From positions 19,158,001 to 19,222,000 of the forward strand of contig NC_043012.1 in the NCBI RefSeq assembly GCF_006345805.1: 64,000 bases of DNA, given 5' to 3'. A model generated the notes under the pieces. That model ran no database searches. It was not told the DNA's origin and worked only from the letters and a program-made list of their open reading frames with translations. The stretch is from Octopus sinensis. Its lineage: Eukaryota. Below are positions 23,725 to 38,099 of the stretch, one piece after another. The position numbers were made by a program, and so were the translations under genes. The first letter of the stretch is position 1; every line of letters begins with the position of its first letter.

Positions 23725-24712
23725 TTCTATAATATTATGTCACCGAATATTGACACCCGTGTGATATTTAAAGTTTATAATGGCATTTCTGCGGCTGAAT
23801 AACAATGATAGGTAAGATTCTAAGGTTAATTTGTCTATGAACTGGGGTGATATTGATGAATGACCATAACTCTTTTCATTCAATGATTTTGGCACAATAG
23901 TACACCTAAAAGAAAGAATGTGCAATAGAATAGATTACTACATGTGCCCAAGAGAATGTTCTTGAAACATTACACGTCTAAATATGTGTGTTTGTGTGTA
24001 TATTACTCTATCAAATACTGAATATTATTATACAAGTGTCACAATGCACTACCAATCTGGGAATCGAAACCGTGATTGCAGGATCGTGAGAGCAATACTC
24101 TAACACTGGAAGCACTAGGACATGCATTTTCATAAGACAGGCAGGCTGACAGACAGATACGCAGGCATGTGCACATACATACACACATATACACACACTT
24201 ACACACATAGACACATACATACACGCACATGTATTTATGAAAAGGCACCATAATATGGAAGACGTAAGCAAAGATCAGACCCTGCAATATAGTACCAGCT
24301 ACACGGGTCACGAAGCAGGGGTTAGATAAGTGTGTGAAATATAAGCCAAGTGATACACATATAACAATAATCAGAAACAGAGCTCAGAAACGTGCTTCAG
24401 CAAAATGTAGAAATAATTACAGCGCATTTGAAGGAACATTGCATAATCATGGATTCACCTCACAAGTTTTCTACCCTAAGCAGTGAGAAACGCTGATGAA
24501 CTAAAACGCCGGATTGAAATAAGCGTTGCACTTCAAGGCGGGTGCCCCAGAATGGCCTCACTGAAACAAATAAAAGTATAAAAGTATCTACTTGAAGGTC
24601 ATTATTTAGGCATCAGGATGAAACGCATGCATCTCTTATAAAGTGTCGGGCACCTTACCTATTTTCTATTTATTACCATTAACTCTTTCTGCCTCTCTCT
24701 CTCTCTCTCTAT

Positions 24713-24754
<42 letters not shown>

Positions 24755-24860
24755 ATATATGTTTATATATATATATATAATATTATATAATATATATATA
24801 TATATATATAATATATATATATGTGTATATATACATATATATATTTATATAAATATAGGG

Positions 24861-24904
<44 letters not shown>

Positions 24905-25286
24905 CAGTGCTTTATTTTACTGTAATACATTTGTATTGCAATATTTTATTTTTCACTGTTCTCGCTCTGTTAACGGCTAAGCGTTCAGGCGAGTATTCTG
25001 CTATTGATGTAGCAACATTTGAAATATTGTCCAGGTAAATCCAACTGGTGAAGACTAATCAACTTTACGCTGTCAAACGTATTTGAAGAGTCCAATGCCA
25101 AGGTACTGGATTATCCGATTCTGAGTTGTAATGCTCTTCCTAGAGGTTAGACAAAATTTTTCATATTTGCTCCCCTCACACGTCTTTGACAGTATATACA
25201 CATCTAAGCGTTACTATATCGTCGTAAATGTATCGACTGCTATTTCCAGTAAACATTGGTGCTTCGTCATAGAACTACACTATTAT

Positions 25287-25338
<52 letters not shown>

Positions 25339-26819
25339 CACACAAACACACACAAACGCACACAGAGACCTACTTAGAGAATATATATCATATATACACT
25401 GGAAGTGAAACTATTTTATATCCATACATACGTACATTTTATCTATTAAATGTTTAATATTTAATATTCAATGTAAATCGACTTGCCTAATTTGCTTTTC
25501 ATTATACACACAGACACACACACATACACTCACGTGTTTGTGTGCGTGTGTCTCTGATGATTTATGTGCGTAGTAAATTTTGTAGCATAAGCCAATTTCA
25601 AGAAAGTTTGAAGACTCTGCGTGTGCGATGATATGATTGTACGATAATCCACTGTAGGAGAACAACATACTATTTAAATGTAGTGAAGGACTCACTGCAA
25701 TATTTGGAACGATTCCCAAATATTCATTTATCAAACAGATATTGGTTTATACTTCAGAAACAAAGCTGAATGCAATAAAAGTGTATCTGGTATGTTCACA
25801 GTTTCTTACTTAATAATGGCATCTTCTCTGTTTGACGAAACTGCCAGCAGTTTTTCTTAAGTCTTTCGGCAGCTGTTACTATATTTCATTTGATGGTAAG
25901 TAGTGAAGCAGTAGAAATACTCTCTCTTGTAATAACAAAATACCATTTAAATTTATATCATTTGAGAACTAACTTTTCCTTTCACTTCCAAGTGACTAAT
26001 GCTAATATTTATATCATACTTACAGAATTAAAAATACAAATATTATTTAAGCATAATTAAAAATGTATAATTATTTTCCCATGAAAGTTGTTATTTCTTT
26101 CTTTTCCCATGAAAGTTGTGTAAGCATAATTACTAGGATAATAACAGTGGTCGCACTTATTGAAAATATCTATTGTATGCAATTGCCCAATCTTTAATTA
26201 AAAATATCCCTAACATAAATCCTAACGACTATAAAGAAGGACGCTTACATTTTGTTATGTATACCTCGACGAGACAGAACATTAGATGATCAACACCAGA
26301 TTGATTTTATTAGACGTCTGGTTGGTGACAGCTGCGTTGGAGCGAATCAGCAAACATGTTTTTTTTTTCTATGGCTTGTAACAGAGATACGTCATACGAT
26401 GCTTAGATTCCTACTGCCCTGAAAACGTACTAAGCAAACTTGATTCTTCGTTGAAAAAAAAAGAAACACTGTTCTCTATCAAGTGTAAGAATGATCAGAA
26501 ACAATCTATAAAGTGTAATGGTGGTTTGGTAGATGGACTATTCTATGATATATCTGGCGTATATTAAATAAGATGAGCAGAGAATTAATGTTGTGCTGTC
26601 CTGTGACCTCATATATTTTGGAGACTAAAATATCAGGTCGTTAAGATTTTAAAAACTCCGACTCTCTTTTGCACCAATTTCGACATTCGTTAACTAATGT
26701 TTTATCCTGACATGTTTTTGCTTTACAACATTGAAGAGTTAAATCATCTTTTTTCAGAGTGCAATTCATGGTGTCGTATTATATTGTGAGACGTCTCTTG
26801 AAAGTCGATTTTGTGAACC

Positions 26820-27928
26820 TATGGAGAGATAAAAAAATTCTTGTTGTCTATGAATACGAGCTCCTTCGTACAAACAATGCATCCTAGATAGCTCGAAACA
26901 TCAATGAGGCGTTTGATGAAGATGTGGCGAATGACCGTACTGCACGTCGATGGTTTGGGAAGTTACGGTCTTGTGATTTTACTCTTGAAATTCAGCGTCG
27001 TGGTACACCTGAGACCAAATTGGATAATGCTGAGCAGAAAACTGTAGTAGAAGCAGATACAACTTAAACTACACGTGAGTTAGCAGCAAAGTTTGATGTT
27101 TCGATTCCAACTGTATTGGACCTTCTGAAACACATCGAAAAATTAAAGAAGCTGGACAAATGGGTACCATACGAACTGCAGAAGCATCAAATGATATGCC
27201 GTTGTGAAACTTGTTGTTCAACTTGTTGTTCTTTGCTGGTACTGCATAAAAGTGAACCATCTTTCCATCGTACTGATACATGTGATGAAAAAACGAATTA
27301 TTTTCAACAATAGCAAGCGTTCTGCACAGTAATTGGATTGAGACGAAATGCCAAAACACAATCCTAAATAGGATATTCACCAAAAAATGCTAATAGTCTA
27401 TGTTCGGTGGTTCAGTGCTGGTCTCATCCAATAGAGCTTCATAAGACTTGGTAAATCAACTACTCACCAACAAATGCTAATGGTCTCTGTTCGGTGGTTC
27501 AGTGCTGGTATCATCCAATAGAGCTTCAGAAGACTTGGTAAATGAACTATAGTGGATGAAATGATGATAGAGTTTGCAATTAAACAACCAAGTTTGTTCA
27601 ATAGAGACAGGCCAATTCTCTTACAAGATAGTACTCGACTACATGTTGCACAAGGAACGATGCCAAGTAACAGGAACTGAAGTTGGAAGTACTGTATCAT
27701 CTACCATGTTCACTAGATATCGCACTAACTGATTATCACGTTTTCCAGGCATTTCCAGGCATTAGACAACATTTTGCAATGAAAAAACTTCAAACCCGAG
27801 GACAATTTTAAAATAGCTTTTCCAATTTCATCGCTTCTTGCTCTCCAGAATTCGTCGCTACCGGCAGAAAAAAGGTTACCCATAAAATGGCAAAATTGTG
27901 TTGATAATTTTGGTGCATTCTTTGATTA
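26820..27928 (+). pseudogene. Mariner (DD34D-type) transposase pseudogene with an internal ~90-bp tandem duplication
   Basis: ARNINEAF...RTARRWF; KKLDKWVPYEL (WVPHEL motif); TCDEK; LLQDSTRLHVA; SLDIALTDYHVF (YSPDLAP motif). 27377-27460 is repeated at 27465-27548. Confidence 0.85.
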
Positions 27929-28120
27929 ACTCCATTGAATTCAGGCGAAGATCTCGTGGCATACAACAATATCAGAGTCTAGGGAGTAATTGTGGGCAGC
28001 GTCATAAGCTGGGCCGCTCATATGAAAAACAAAGATTTACATAGCTCGCAGTGACCGTGTGTGTATCGTTGGATATTTTCCTTTTCCCTCTTCCCTTCCT
28101 TGAACCATTCCTTTTTCTAT

Positions 28121-28155
28121 ATTTCTGACGAAGAGCTCCGCTCGAAACGCTAAAT
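28121..28155 (+). ncRNA. Degenerate minimal hammerhead motif in a PLE-type terminal repeat relic
   Basis: auuu-CUGACGA-A-GAGC(ucc)GCUC-GAAA-CG-CU-aaau; the conserved U16.1 position is C. Confidence 0.55.
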
Positions 28156-28283
28156 CCTCCTGCTTTCTTTCGTTTCTTGAGCGTCCAATAACACTATACT
28201 TCTTACAAGTCTTGCGTTGTTGTGTTTTCTCTTTGTGTTTTCATGTTTGGATATATATAGATATACATGAATGTGTGTGTTAT

Positions 28284-28316
<33 letters not shown>

Positions 28317-28324
28317 GAGCTTTA

Positions 28325-29116
28325 TTATTTTATTTCTTTCAGTAATTTGACTGCGGGCCATGCTGGAGCACCTTCTTAAGTCGAACAAGTTGACCCCAGA
28401 ACTTATTCTTTATAAGCCTAGTACTTATTTTATCGGTCTATTTCTCCGAACCGCTAATTTACAGGGACGCAAACACACCAGCATCGGAAGTTTTGGAGGA
28501 TAAATATACTTATATATATATATATATATATATTATATTATATACATATGGGGAAGCACTCCGTCGGTTACGACGATGAGGGTTCCGGTTGATCCGAATC
28601 AACGGAACAGCCTGCTCGTGAAATTAACGTGTAAGTGGCTGAGCACTCCACAGACACGTGCACCCTTAACGTAGTTCTCGAGGATATTCAGCGTGACACA
28701 GAGAGTGACAAGGCCGGCCCTTTGAAATACAGGTAGAACAGAAACAGGAAGTAAGAGTGAGAGAAAGTTGTGGTGAAAGAGTACAGCAGGGATCACCACC
28801 ACCCCCTGCCGGACCCTCGTGGAGCTATTAGGTGTTTTCGCTCAATAAACACTCACAACGCTCGGTCTGGGAATAGAAACCACGATCCTATGACCGCGAG
28901 TCCGCTGCCCTAACCACTGGGCCATTGCGCCTCCACATATACATATATGTCTTGTATATATAAGATGGGTTTCTTTCAGTTTCCTACTATTAGATCCACT
29001 CACAAAGCTTTGATTGACTTTGTTTGGCTCGAGGTTATAGTAGTTGACAGTGGGACTGGACCCGGCACCATGTGGTTGCTAAGCAAGGTACTTACCACAC
29101 AGCCACTCCTGCGCCT
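28325..29116 (-). mobile_element. SINE family A, split by a SINE B insertion in its central (TA)n
   Basis: Tail at 28325-28488 (gactgcgggccatgctggagcacc); head at 28966-29116 (accacacagccactcctgcgcc). Confidence 0.8.
28550..28936 (-). mobile_element. Full-length SINE family B with 10-bp TSD
   Basis: TSD atatacatat (28540-28549, 28937-28946); A box tggcccagtgg. Confidence 0.9.
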
Positions 29117-30789
29117 ACGTATATATATGAACACCCACGCACACTTATAGACAATTATATTTTTGCTGAGTTTATAGTGCGCACAGGGATGTTTATTCAA
29201 TACATTTTTCTAATACGTGGTTTGCAATCGAAGTTATTACGCTCACTCACACACACTTACACAGATACCTGTGGGCGAGTATATAATTTATTTTCATAAT
29301 TTACCGAAAATCGTTAACCGTGTCAAAATTCACAAAAAGAGAACATTTTGTTCTCAGTCGTATTTTGTTTTTGATTTATTTTTTATTTTTTGTTTTTGTA
29401 TTTGAAATCCAAATTAATTTGAACTACTTATTTCCCTTCTATTGTATTACTCAGCAGCTTATAATTATCTTTGCTCGATGCCAGCGTTAACATATTTCAT
29501 ATGTACTTTTATTTAAATAAGTTTCTTGCAAGCAACACTTAGTGAAAAATTATTTTTAATTTAGAAATTAATTCAATTTTGCTTTATTTTGTTCTATATA
29601 TTTTGTTAATCATTAGAGGCATTTTTTTTTAGATGTTAACAATTATGGAAGATGTTAAAGTTGATTTTTTTTCTCTTCTATTCACTGTTTCCTTCCTCTC
29701 TTTGTTTCTCAAACGCGCTTTTATTCTATATGCCATATATTATGTTATAACCCTTTTAATTATTTCCATCTGTGTGGTAGTCTTTCTCTCACTTTTCACT
29801 CCTTTCATTTGCATGTCGTGCCCTACTTTTTCCTTGAATGTTTATTCAATTAACCTCACATTCTGCAAGGCATATATCATACAATCATATCCTTTGTACT
29901 TCCTTTTATATAACTGATCAGCTATTAACTCGTTCATTCATAATCCTATTTCACACAATTCTCTTATTTTTATATTTTCTCATAATAACTATTTTGCTTA
30001 ATATTTCACTTTCCCAATATATATTTTCAACACTATTTTTTCTCACAAATTGTCGCTAGTTTGCATTGTATCTTTCTTATAGTAAGCGTAATCTCTTTCA
30101 TGTAAATATTTCTATTATGAAACACTTTCATTATCATTACTTTCTGTTACCTATTTAATTTCTAAATTAACTCGCAGGATTTTGCTCCCATATATATATA
30201 TATACACATATATAGGGTAGCGAATATTCGTTATAAATATCACCACCTGTTGCCTAGCATATATAAATTGTCAATAGACAACATATTCATATTTTAAAAT
30301 AGTGTACATTTAAACACTAAAGAAAATTACCTTTTAACAGATAATTTTTATATGCTAGAAATAGCAGCCAACACGCGTAAAAACCACGACTTTATAGCAA
30401 TTTTCGAAGTAAATGAAAAATAAAAACTTCTACCTTGTTATTTTTAGTAGCTGTTATACCATCGTTTCGAATTTCTTTAGCAAATAAGATTATTTGCCAT
30501 CCTTTAATAGGTAATTTAGCAAAACAATATTATCCGCCAGGTGAATTCTCATCAGTAACCGGCCTCAATAACTAACTTATAATTCAGAGACAAGATAACA
30601 CGTGTCCCGTCATTATATGTTATAATTTTTCAAAATTCTGCACACAGGCGCATTTACAGCCGGCAATAAATACAATGCTGAGCTGAATCTTCGAGAATGT
30701 TAAGAACATATTCATAAGATATTTCATTCTCGAAATATGTTCTCAGCATTCTCGAAATATGTTTCATCATTTCTATATTTTATTACGTT

Positions 30790-30820
30790 AACTAGTGTTG
30801 TATTAAATACAACACTAGTT
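30790..30820. repeat. Perfect palindrome with 15-bp arms and a 1-nt spacer
   Basis: aactagtgttgtatt-a-aatacaacactagtt. Confidence 0.95.
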
Positions 30821-32088
30821 GAGTTAAAAAATTAAGAATATTTCTCTTTTGGTCTATTAATCTCTCTTGAATACTGCATAATAATTATTTTGTATTTCCC
30901 CGAGTAAACGGGAATAGTTGTAACATATCTTTTTCGTATGTCTGAAGAAATATGCATAGCTGATATAATGTTATTTAAGTGATACTTATATCACTTTGTG
31001 GCTATATTACTGTCCATTTTATTTGACTTAATTTCAGTTTTATTTTTGAACCATTTACTGTTATCGGTAGTTGAATCTGATCTATTTTCACATTTCAGCG
31101 TGTGTAGTTAATAACAGTTCATGTGTTATTTCGATATTAGCAACGCAATTCAAACTGACCTAAACTTGTTTATCGTTCTTGTTTTCTGTTTGGTGGCATT
31201 TGTTGACTGAGAACTATTCGCTTCTAGAGATAGTGTATTTCAAGATAATAGACATAATGTTTATGGTAAATACAAGTATGATCAATATTGAATCTAATTT
31301 TTCTTATCAGCAAGCTTTTTCGATACAATATGTATGTTAAGTTCGCTTCACAAATGCTTTAAGAGAGATTAGAGATTACTTCAATAATATTATAATGGAA
31401 AGACTTGAAAATAGACGTGTGAAAAAATTACTGATTTACGAAGAGATCTCATCACTGAGTAGAATGTACCTTGCATTCCTAAAAATATACCATGATCATA
31501 TCTAATTTCATCAGTATTGTCTGACGAATTCTTGGACGGATAAATTGGTTTAGAGTAAATGGAATAAAACACTGAATTATCGAATTGTAATCAATAACAG
31601 CCATGTTTATATTATATTTCAGTAATCCTAATGATGCCCCTTTCTGATGTTATTCTATTGGGAGCCGAATCCCGATCCTCATATTACTGTTAACTTTGCA
31701 TATTTTATTATTTCGCCTAATCAATTCGTGCGCAATTAACATATGAAGGTATTGTTGAGATTTTAGAATAAATAGTCAAGGAAATTCTACAAAGCAAAGT
31801 AAACTTGCCCAGACTTTGGATACAATGTATACAGTATAAAACTATGTTCGTATAAGGTTGAAGAAAGGCTGTAATTCGGTCTTAAACTTACGACTTAACG
31901 GATGTTAACCATTTTTTTTCACTATCACTTCATACTTATTTTTGTGATTTTCCCTCTCACCTTATATTTGTTCTGTGCTGCATTTCGTACCGCATGCATT
32001 TCGGAAGTTGCATGGCTATGTTGTGTGTGTGAATTATTTATTTTAGTCAGAGTGTCAGACTGTGGCTGTGGATCACAGATATTACTTA

Positions 32089-32314
32089 GGCGAGCTGGCA
32101 GAAACGTTAGCAGACCGGGCGAAATGCTTAGCGGTATTGCGTCTGTCGTTGCGTTCTGAGTTCAAATTCCGCCGAGGTCGACTTTGCTTTTCATCCTTTC
32201 GTGGTCGATAAATTAAGTACCAGTTACGCACTGGGGTCGATGTAATCGACTTAATCCGTTTGTCTGTCCTTGTTTGTCCCCTCAATGTTTAGCCTCTTGT
32301 GGGCAATAAAGAAA
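32089..32314 (+). mobile_element. SINE family C (tRNA-like head; Nin/Deu-like central domain)
   Basis: ggcgagctggcagaaacgttagc...gagttcaaattcc...tttcatcctttcgtggtcgataaattaagtacc. Further copies lie near 14805, 35213, 39240, 43800, 54838, 56335 and 63205. Confidence 0.8.
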
Positions 32315-33342
32315 CAGATATTACTTAGATATAATATCGATTCAGCATTCAGGACTATTCAGATAATCATAACTCGCAATCGCCAATAATTAGTAAGGTG
32401 AGTAAAATACTATTTGTTTCCACTTCTTTATTCCAAGAAAAAAATTCGGTGTTGTAGAGAGAGACAGAGAGACAGAGAGAGAGACGGAGAGTGAGAGTAG
32501 ATGTTCTGGTCTACACTGCATTTATATATAAGAGAACACAGTGAAATGAAACCGTGTGTTCGGTAGGCGAAGCAGAATAATTGGCATTGTTGATATTGCT
32601 TAATAGGAAATTAAAGTACACTTTAAATCTATATTATTAATGCTATAAAATTAACTCAGGCTCCTACGTAACGCCGTCAATCAATTTATTTGGATATTAT
32701 TCTTAAAACGCATTTGACATTTTGACAGATCGGCAGATCCTTTGAATTTTAAGACGCTTTGATCTTGAAGAACGATGAACATATTTAAGATATAACTTCA
32801 AAACTACACTTTTGTTCTTGTTTTACGTTACGACTTTTAAAAAGTCCTATTATGGGAGATATATTTCAGACGATTTAATTCAGTAGGCCAATTTCAATCG
32901 ATATATGCTCAGTTCTATATTCGAAGCAGACGAACATTCAGAAGTGAACAATTGTCTTTTTGTTGCTGTTTTCCTATGTGCTTAACTTTTCTTTTCTTTA
33001 AGATGGAAACGTGTAATTTGAAAGAGATTTTACTTCTGTTCCTGTTAGTTTGAGCGACCTTGTCGTTGTTCCGAGCCAACATATTAATGATAAAAGCAAT
33101 AAAATGTAGTTTGTTATAATAAATCATGTAGGATACTGAATTCATACTGTCACTCTGATGCGATTCCATTTTGAACACAATACTAATTAGCAAGCAATAC
33201 CAAAACTGATTTCTTCCTGCGAAGACAGATACACGATATTCAGTCTGATGACCGATAAAGCAGATGATCACCATTCGGAATTATTGAGCAAAAATATGCT
33301 GCATGTTAACTAAAGAATCTACAACTTTTGCAATAAACGATA

Positions 33343-34248
33343 TATATGGTGTCCATAAAGTCTCTTTACAAGTTTACAATTTTATTACAAAGGCAGTTGA
33401 CAAGATATCTTAACCAGATTTATTTTATTGTAATAATTGTTTATTAAAGCATTTTTAACTGTTATTTAATAGACCTCAATATGGGCACTATTAGTTGCGC
33501 GAAGCACTTCAAGACAGTACTCGATTTCTTGCCATGTTCGCTGTAGGATAGCCTCATCAACGGTGGCAATGGCATTACGAATCTTTTGCTTCAAGTCAGC
33601 AATGTCCCATATCTTTGTTTGATACACAATATCTTTTACATAAACCCATAAAAAAGAAGTCCAAGGGAGTGATATCTGGAATTGACCCATCCCTTCCAAT
33701 CCATCAGTCTGGAAATGTTTGATTGAGGAACTGACAAACAGGCCGTTCCCAATGTAGTGGTGCGCCATCTTGCTGGAAAATGATGGCTGGTTGTAAATCA
33801 ATCAGTTGTGATACCACATATTCAGCCAGAAGGTCGAGGTAAACGTCTGCAGTAAATGTTGCCACGTTGAAGAAAAATCGACCAATTATTCGATTGCACA
33901 TGATTCCACACGCACATTCACTTTTGGACTATCCCGTTGAATCTCCCTAGTCACATGGGGGTGTTCCGATTCCCAGATTCTCACATTGTGTTTGTTTAAT
34001 TTCCCTGAAACATGACAGTCGCCTCGTCACTAAAACAAACTCGCTTGAGGAATGCTTCATCTTAATTTTATAGAGGTTCAGTGAATCAGTTCCCTTCCAA
34101 CAACAGTGTATGTGAAACACAAATTCTATATTAATAGAATCTTTAATAAACAATTATTAAAAATAAAACTAATCTGGTTTAAATATTTCATCAACTGCCT
34201 TTGTAATAACTTTTTTAAATTGTAAAGACACTTTATTGACATCCTCTA
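33343..34248 (-). mobile_element. Internally deleted Tc1/mariner element (maT/rosa-like) with ~105-bp TIRs
   Basis: TIRs 33343-33450 and 34141-34248. Minus-strand pieces IIGRFFF, IIFQQDGAPLH, FLWVYVKDIVY, LKQKIRNAIATV. Confidence 0.85.
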
Positions 34249-34782
34249 CATACGATATGTTCCTTAACTTTTCTTTTTTCAAAGATTGTTTTTTGTAATT
34301 GTTGCCAATAGATTAAATAAATATTGGCCAAGAGAGTTTGCATTTAAATGTTCCATTTCTCTTGCTCCAATTGTAGACCTCCAATCTGGATAAGACAATC
34401 ATTCAATTCTCTCCTTGGTAAAGCATGTCTATGGAGTAACTTCAACGAATATAATGAAATAGAAGTAACCAAATACAGCCAGAATAAGCAATTACAAATT
34501 GCAAATATTGGGGTAATGTGAACGCAATGTGTCATATTGCATTATAATTAGATCTGAGACGTTTATATTATAATTTGTGTACATATGTATGTGTGTATTA
34601 CCACTGTTAGCAATCGGAATAACAGCAATAGAAATTGTAGTTGTAAGAGCTGCAAGAACAGTACCAGCAACGGATAAAAGAACTAGTAGCAAAGTAAATA
34701 TAACCTAAGCTACAATAATAAAAGAAAAGCGTGGTGTTATTTATACGCTAAGAATAAGAAATAGCAAAAAAAAAAAAACCAG

Positions 34783-35170
34783 AAGTAGCTTGCTAACCAA
34801 CCACATGGTTCCGGGTTCAGTCCCACTGCGTGGCATCTTGGGCAAGTGTCTTCTGCTATAGCCCCGGGCCGACCAATGCCTTGTGAGTGGATTTGGTAGA
34901 CGGAAACTGAAAGAAGCCTGTCGTATATATGTATATATATATATGTATATGTGTGTGTGTGTGTTTGTGTGTCTGTGTTTGTCCCCCTAGCATTGCTTGA
35001 CAACCGATGCCTGTGTGTTTACGTCCCCGTCACTTAGCGGTTCGGCAAAAGAGACCGATAGAATAAGCACTGGGCTTACAAAGAATAAGTCCCGGGGTCG
35101 ATTTGCTCGACTAAAGGCGGTGCTCCAGCATGGCCGCAGTCAAAATGACTGAAACAAGTAAAAGAGTAAA
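34783..35170 (+). mobile_element. SINE family A, near full length
   Basis: ggttccgggttcagtcccactgcgtggcatcttgggcaagtg ... ggcggtgctccagcatggccgcagtc ... (aaagagt)n tail. Confidence 0.9.
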
Positions 35171-35382
35171 GAGTAAAGAGTATAAATAATTAAATAAATA
35201 ATAAAAATAAATGCTTGAAATTTTGGCACGAGGCCTGCAATGTTGGTGGGAGGAACGTAGAGGAAAATATAAACTTGAATGGTACGTTGTGTTTTCTTCG
35301 ATGGCTGAAAAGTGAAGTCAATCTCGACGGAATTTGAACTCATAACGTAATGAAGAATAAAACCTCCTAGCTAACGGCCTGA

Positions 35383-36245
35383 CTACTACTACTACTACTA
35401 CTACTAGTGCTGCTACAACTACTGCTGCTGCTGAAAAGCCCTGCCAGCTCAAGGCTTGACTACCACCACCACCACCACCAACAACACCACTGCTGCTGTT
35501 GCTGCTGGTATAATAATAGAAGAAGCAGAAGAAAAAGAACAGAAAAAAAGAAAAGAAGAGGAACAAGAACAGCAACAACATCTTCCATTACGATAAAAAA
35601 AAAAACATGAGTAATTATAATAACGATGATGGCGATGACGAAGAAGAAGAAAAAGAAGAAGAAGAAGAAGAAGATGAAGAAGAAGAAGAAGATGATGATG
35701 ATGGTGATGATGATGATGATGATGATGACGACGATGATGATGATGTTCTTGATGATGATGATGATGATGATGATGCATATATGAATAGCAAAAATGGTGT
35801 ATTCAATAAGAAGTATATAGACGTGGTAACAATAACAGCTGCATCTTTGTAATAACTAATGCAAAAAAAAATAAAAACAAGAAAAAAAATACATGGAGAA
35901 TTGTGTCATAATAATCTTTACATGTATATATAATCCTAAGTGAAATCACGGTAATCGCTGCAGCATTTAAGTGGCAAAACAATAAGAGTGGCAGCAGTCG
36001 TGGGAGGTAAGACAACAACAACAACAGCAACAACGAAAAGGATATTATTTTCAACACATGAAGTGGGAAACATTGTGAAGTAAAAAAAAAAAAGAAAAGC
36101 AGCAGAAACGACAGTTTCAGAAGAAACAGCAGCAACAACAACAAGTAGCAGCACGAACAGCAGCAGTAAGAACACCAGCAGCAGCAGTAGCAGCAGCAGC
36201 GGCAGCAACAGCAGATGGAGCTGTTTCTTTCGCGACAACTACTAC
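35383..36245. repeat. Compound trinucleotide low-complexity block (CTA, CAC, GAA, GAT, CAA, CAG)
   Basis: Directly visible. The poly-D/E, poly-H and poly-S ORFs are read-throughs of it. Confidence 0.9.
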
Positions 36246-36577
36246 AATAAACAAGCATGGGGAAATGGTGTATAATCTTTTGTTCACTGTAGCAGGAGAA
36301 CATTATCTAAATTACCTACTACAATATCAGTAGCAGGAGTACAATCAGAGCGTCGATGTTAGCAATAGTAGCTACAGTACTAGTAATCATTAGTGCCTGG
36401 TATAGTTGCAGCAGCAGCAAATTATATAGAACAGTACAAGGAATAATGTCACCAAAATCCAAAACAGCGTGAAGCAGCTGACATAATCGATAAAATACTG
36501 ATCTAACTATCGAAGGGTCGATGTGATATATACGGTTAATCGGCTTTGTTCTGTAACCCAAACATATAAACAAATGT

Positions 36578-36610
<33 letters not shown>

Positions 36611-38099
36611 ATGGCAAATTTCCCTTTGCTGTAAATAGGTTCATAAAATAATTAATCTGTAACCATCAAGGACATTATCAATGACGGCTATTAAGATGGT
36701 CCGTGGTGCAACGATCAGTCTTATTGTAGGGAGAATGAGAGAGAAGATGAAAGAGGAGTATAGATTCCGTTTAATGATGCCATATGTTAGTGATTTCTAA
36801 AGTATAGTCATTCAAAGAAGTATTATATACAGGGTAGAAAATATTTTAAAGAAAATTTCAACGCTTAATGATTCCAAACTGTTAAGATTAAATGGCCAAT
36901 GCGGGTATTATCAAGGGATTAACTTTTTTTTTCAAACTGTATGTGTTTTCGTGTTAGAAGCACCAGAATCCGTTCTACAAGGAATATAAGAACAAAAATG
37001 TGTAGTATTTGAAATAGTAGAAACCCTTCATAACAGGTGACTATTCTGTTAGCGTTTCAAGCGTACTCTTTACTACGTTTCAGATGACTTGCACAGATTC
37101 ATCGTATAATTATTATTGATCTGTTAATATCAAACGTTATAGCAGTGCAATAATATATCGGTACCGTGGGCGTTAAAGGCAGCATGTATAAAGTTTAATT
37201 GTCTTTTTTAAAGGAATACTGTTAGTATTCTATGTATTGCATTATTATTTATTCCAAGTGAGGACTCGTCATAATTCAATGGTTAACAAATAATAATAAT
37301 TTTGGAAAGGCTCCCTTATGTCATTATACCATACTGTACACGGTTACAGGATTGGCAATATAATACAATTACTTACTCTTAAAAACATCGAACATAATAA
37401 CCACAGTTCTTCATATCATAGTCATAGGTGAAAGCGATTCCAGTTTTATGAATATGGGAATGGGTATTGCTCATCATTAATTTTCTATAACCACAGATAC
37501 TTTTTTATATCAGGGAGTATATGAAACAGTTTGATATTCGAGTTTGCTGCGAGAACATTAGTGTTATAAAGAAAATGAATGCTGGTCAAGTGAATATGGA
37601 TAACACGCCGCGGTCTCTATTGGATCGCGTGTATCTGATAATCTAACGTTTGATGACACACATAATGCATTCCGTGTTATTATGCGCATCGTAATCCTTT
37701 AAAACCAACATCTCTGATAATAGCGTTTTATCTAGTGTTGAGCAAATTATTGTTTATTGCTGTAACCATATGCCGTACTAGAAGGTCTTTTGTATACAGG
37801 GTAATATGGTTGAACTTTTGTGTTAACATACAAAGTTAAGCAATTCGACTGAGACAATGTGTGAATACAGAACACATGGAACAGCAGTATAGTTCATACA
37901 AAAGCAAGAACAATGTAATTCCGCCATATAATCAGGAATCCACTTATTCTCACAAAACAAGTTTATAACAATTAAAACGTTTCGTTAAACCTCTTAGACA
38001 TTGATAAGCTTTGCGAAATTTTTTCCTCAATACATTTTTGATTCTCGGGGCAGAAGTTAGGGAAAATGCCCCCGGCATGCCATGCAATGCCAGTGTTAT

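Noticed and set aside
35407-36303. Poly-D/E, poly-H, poly-L and poly-C ORFs as a host exon
   Set aside because: They are translations of compound trinucleotide repeats, with no non-repetitive domain or convincing splice context.
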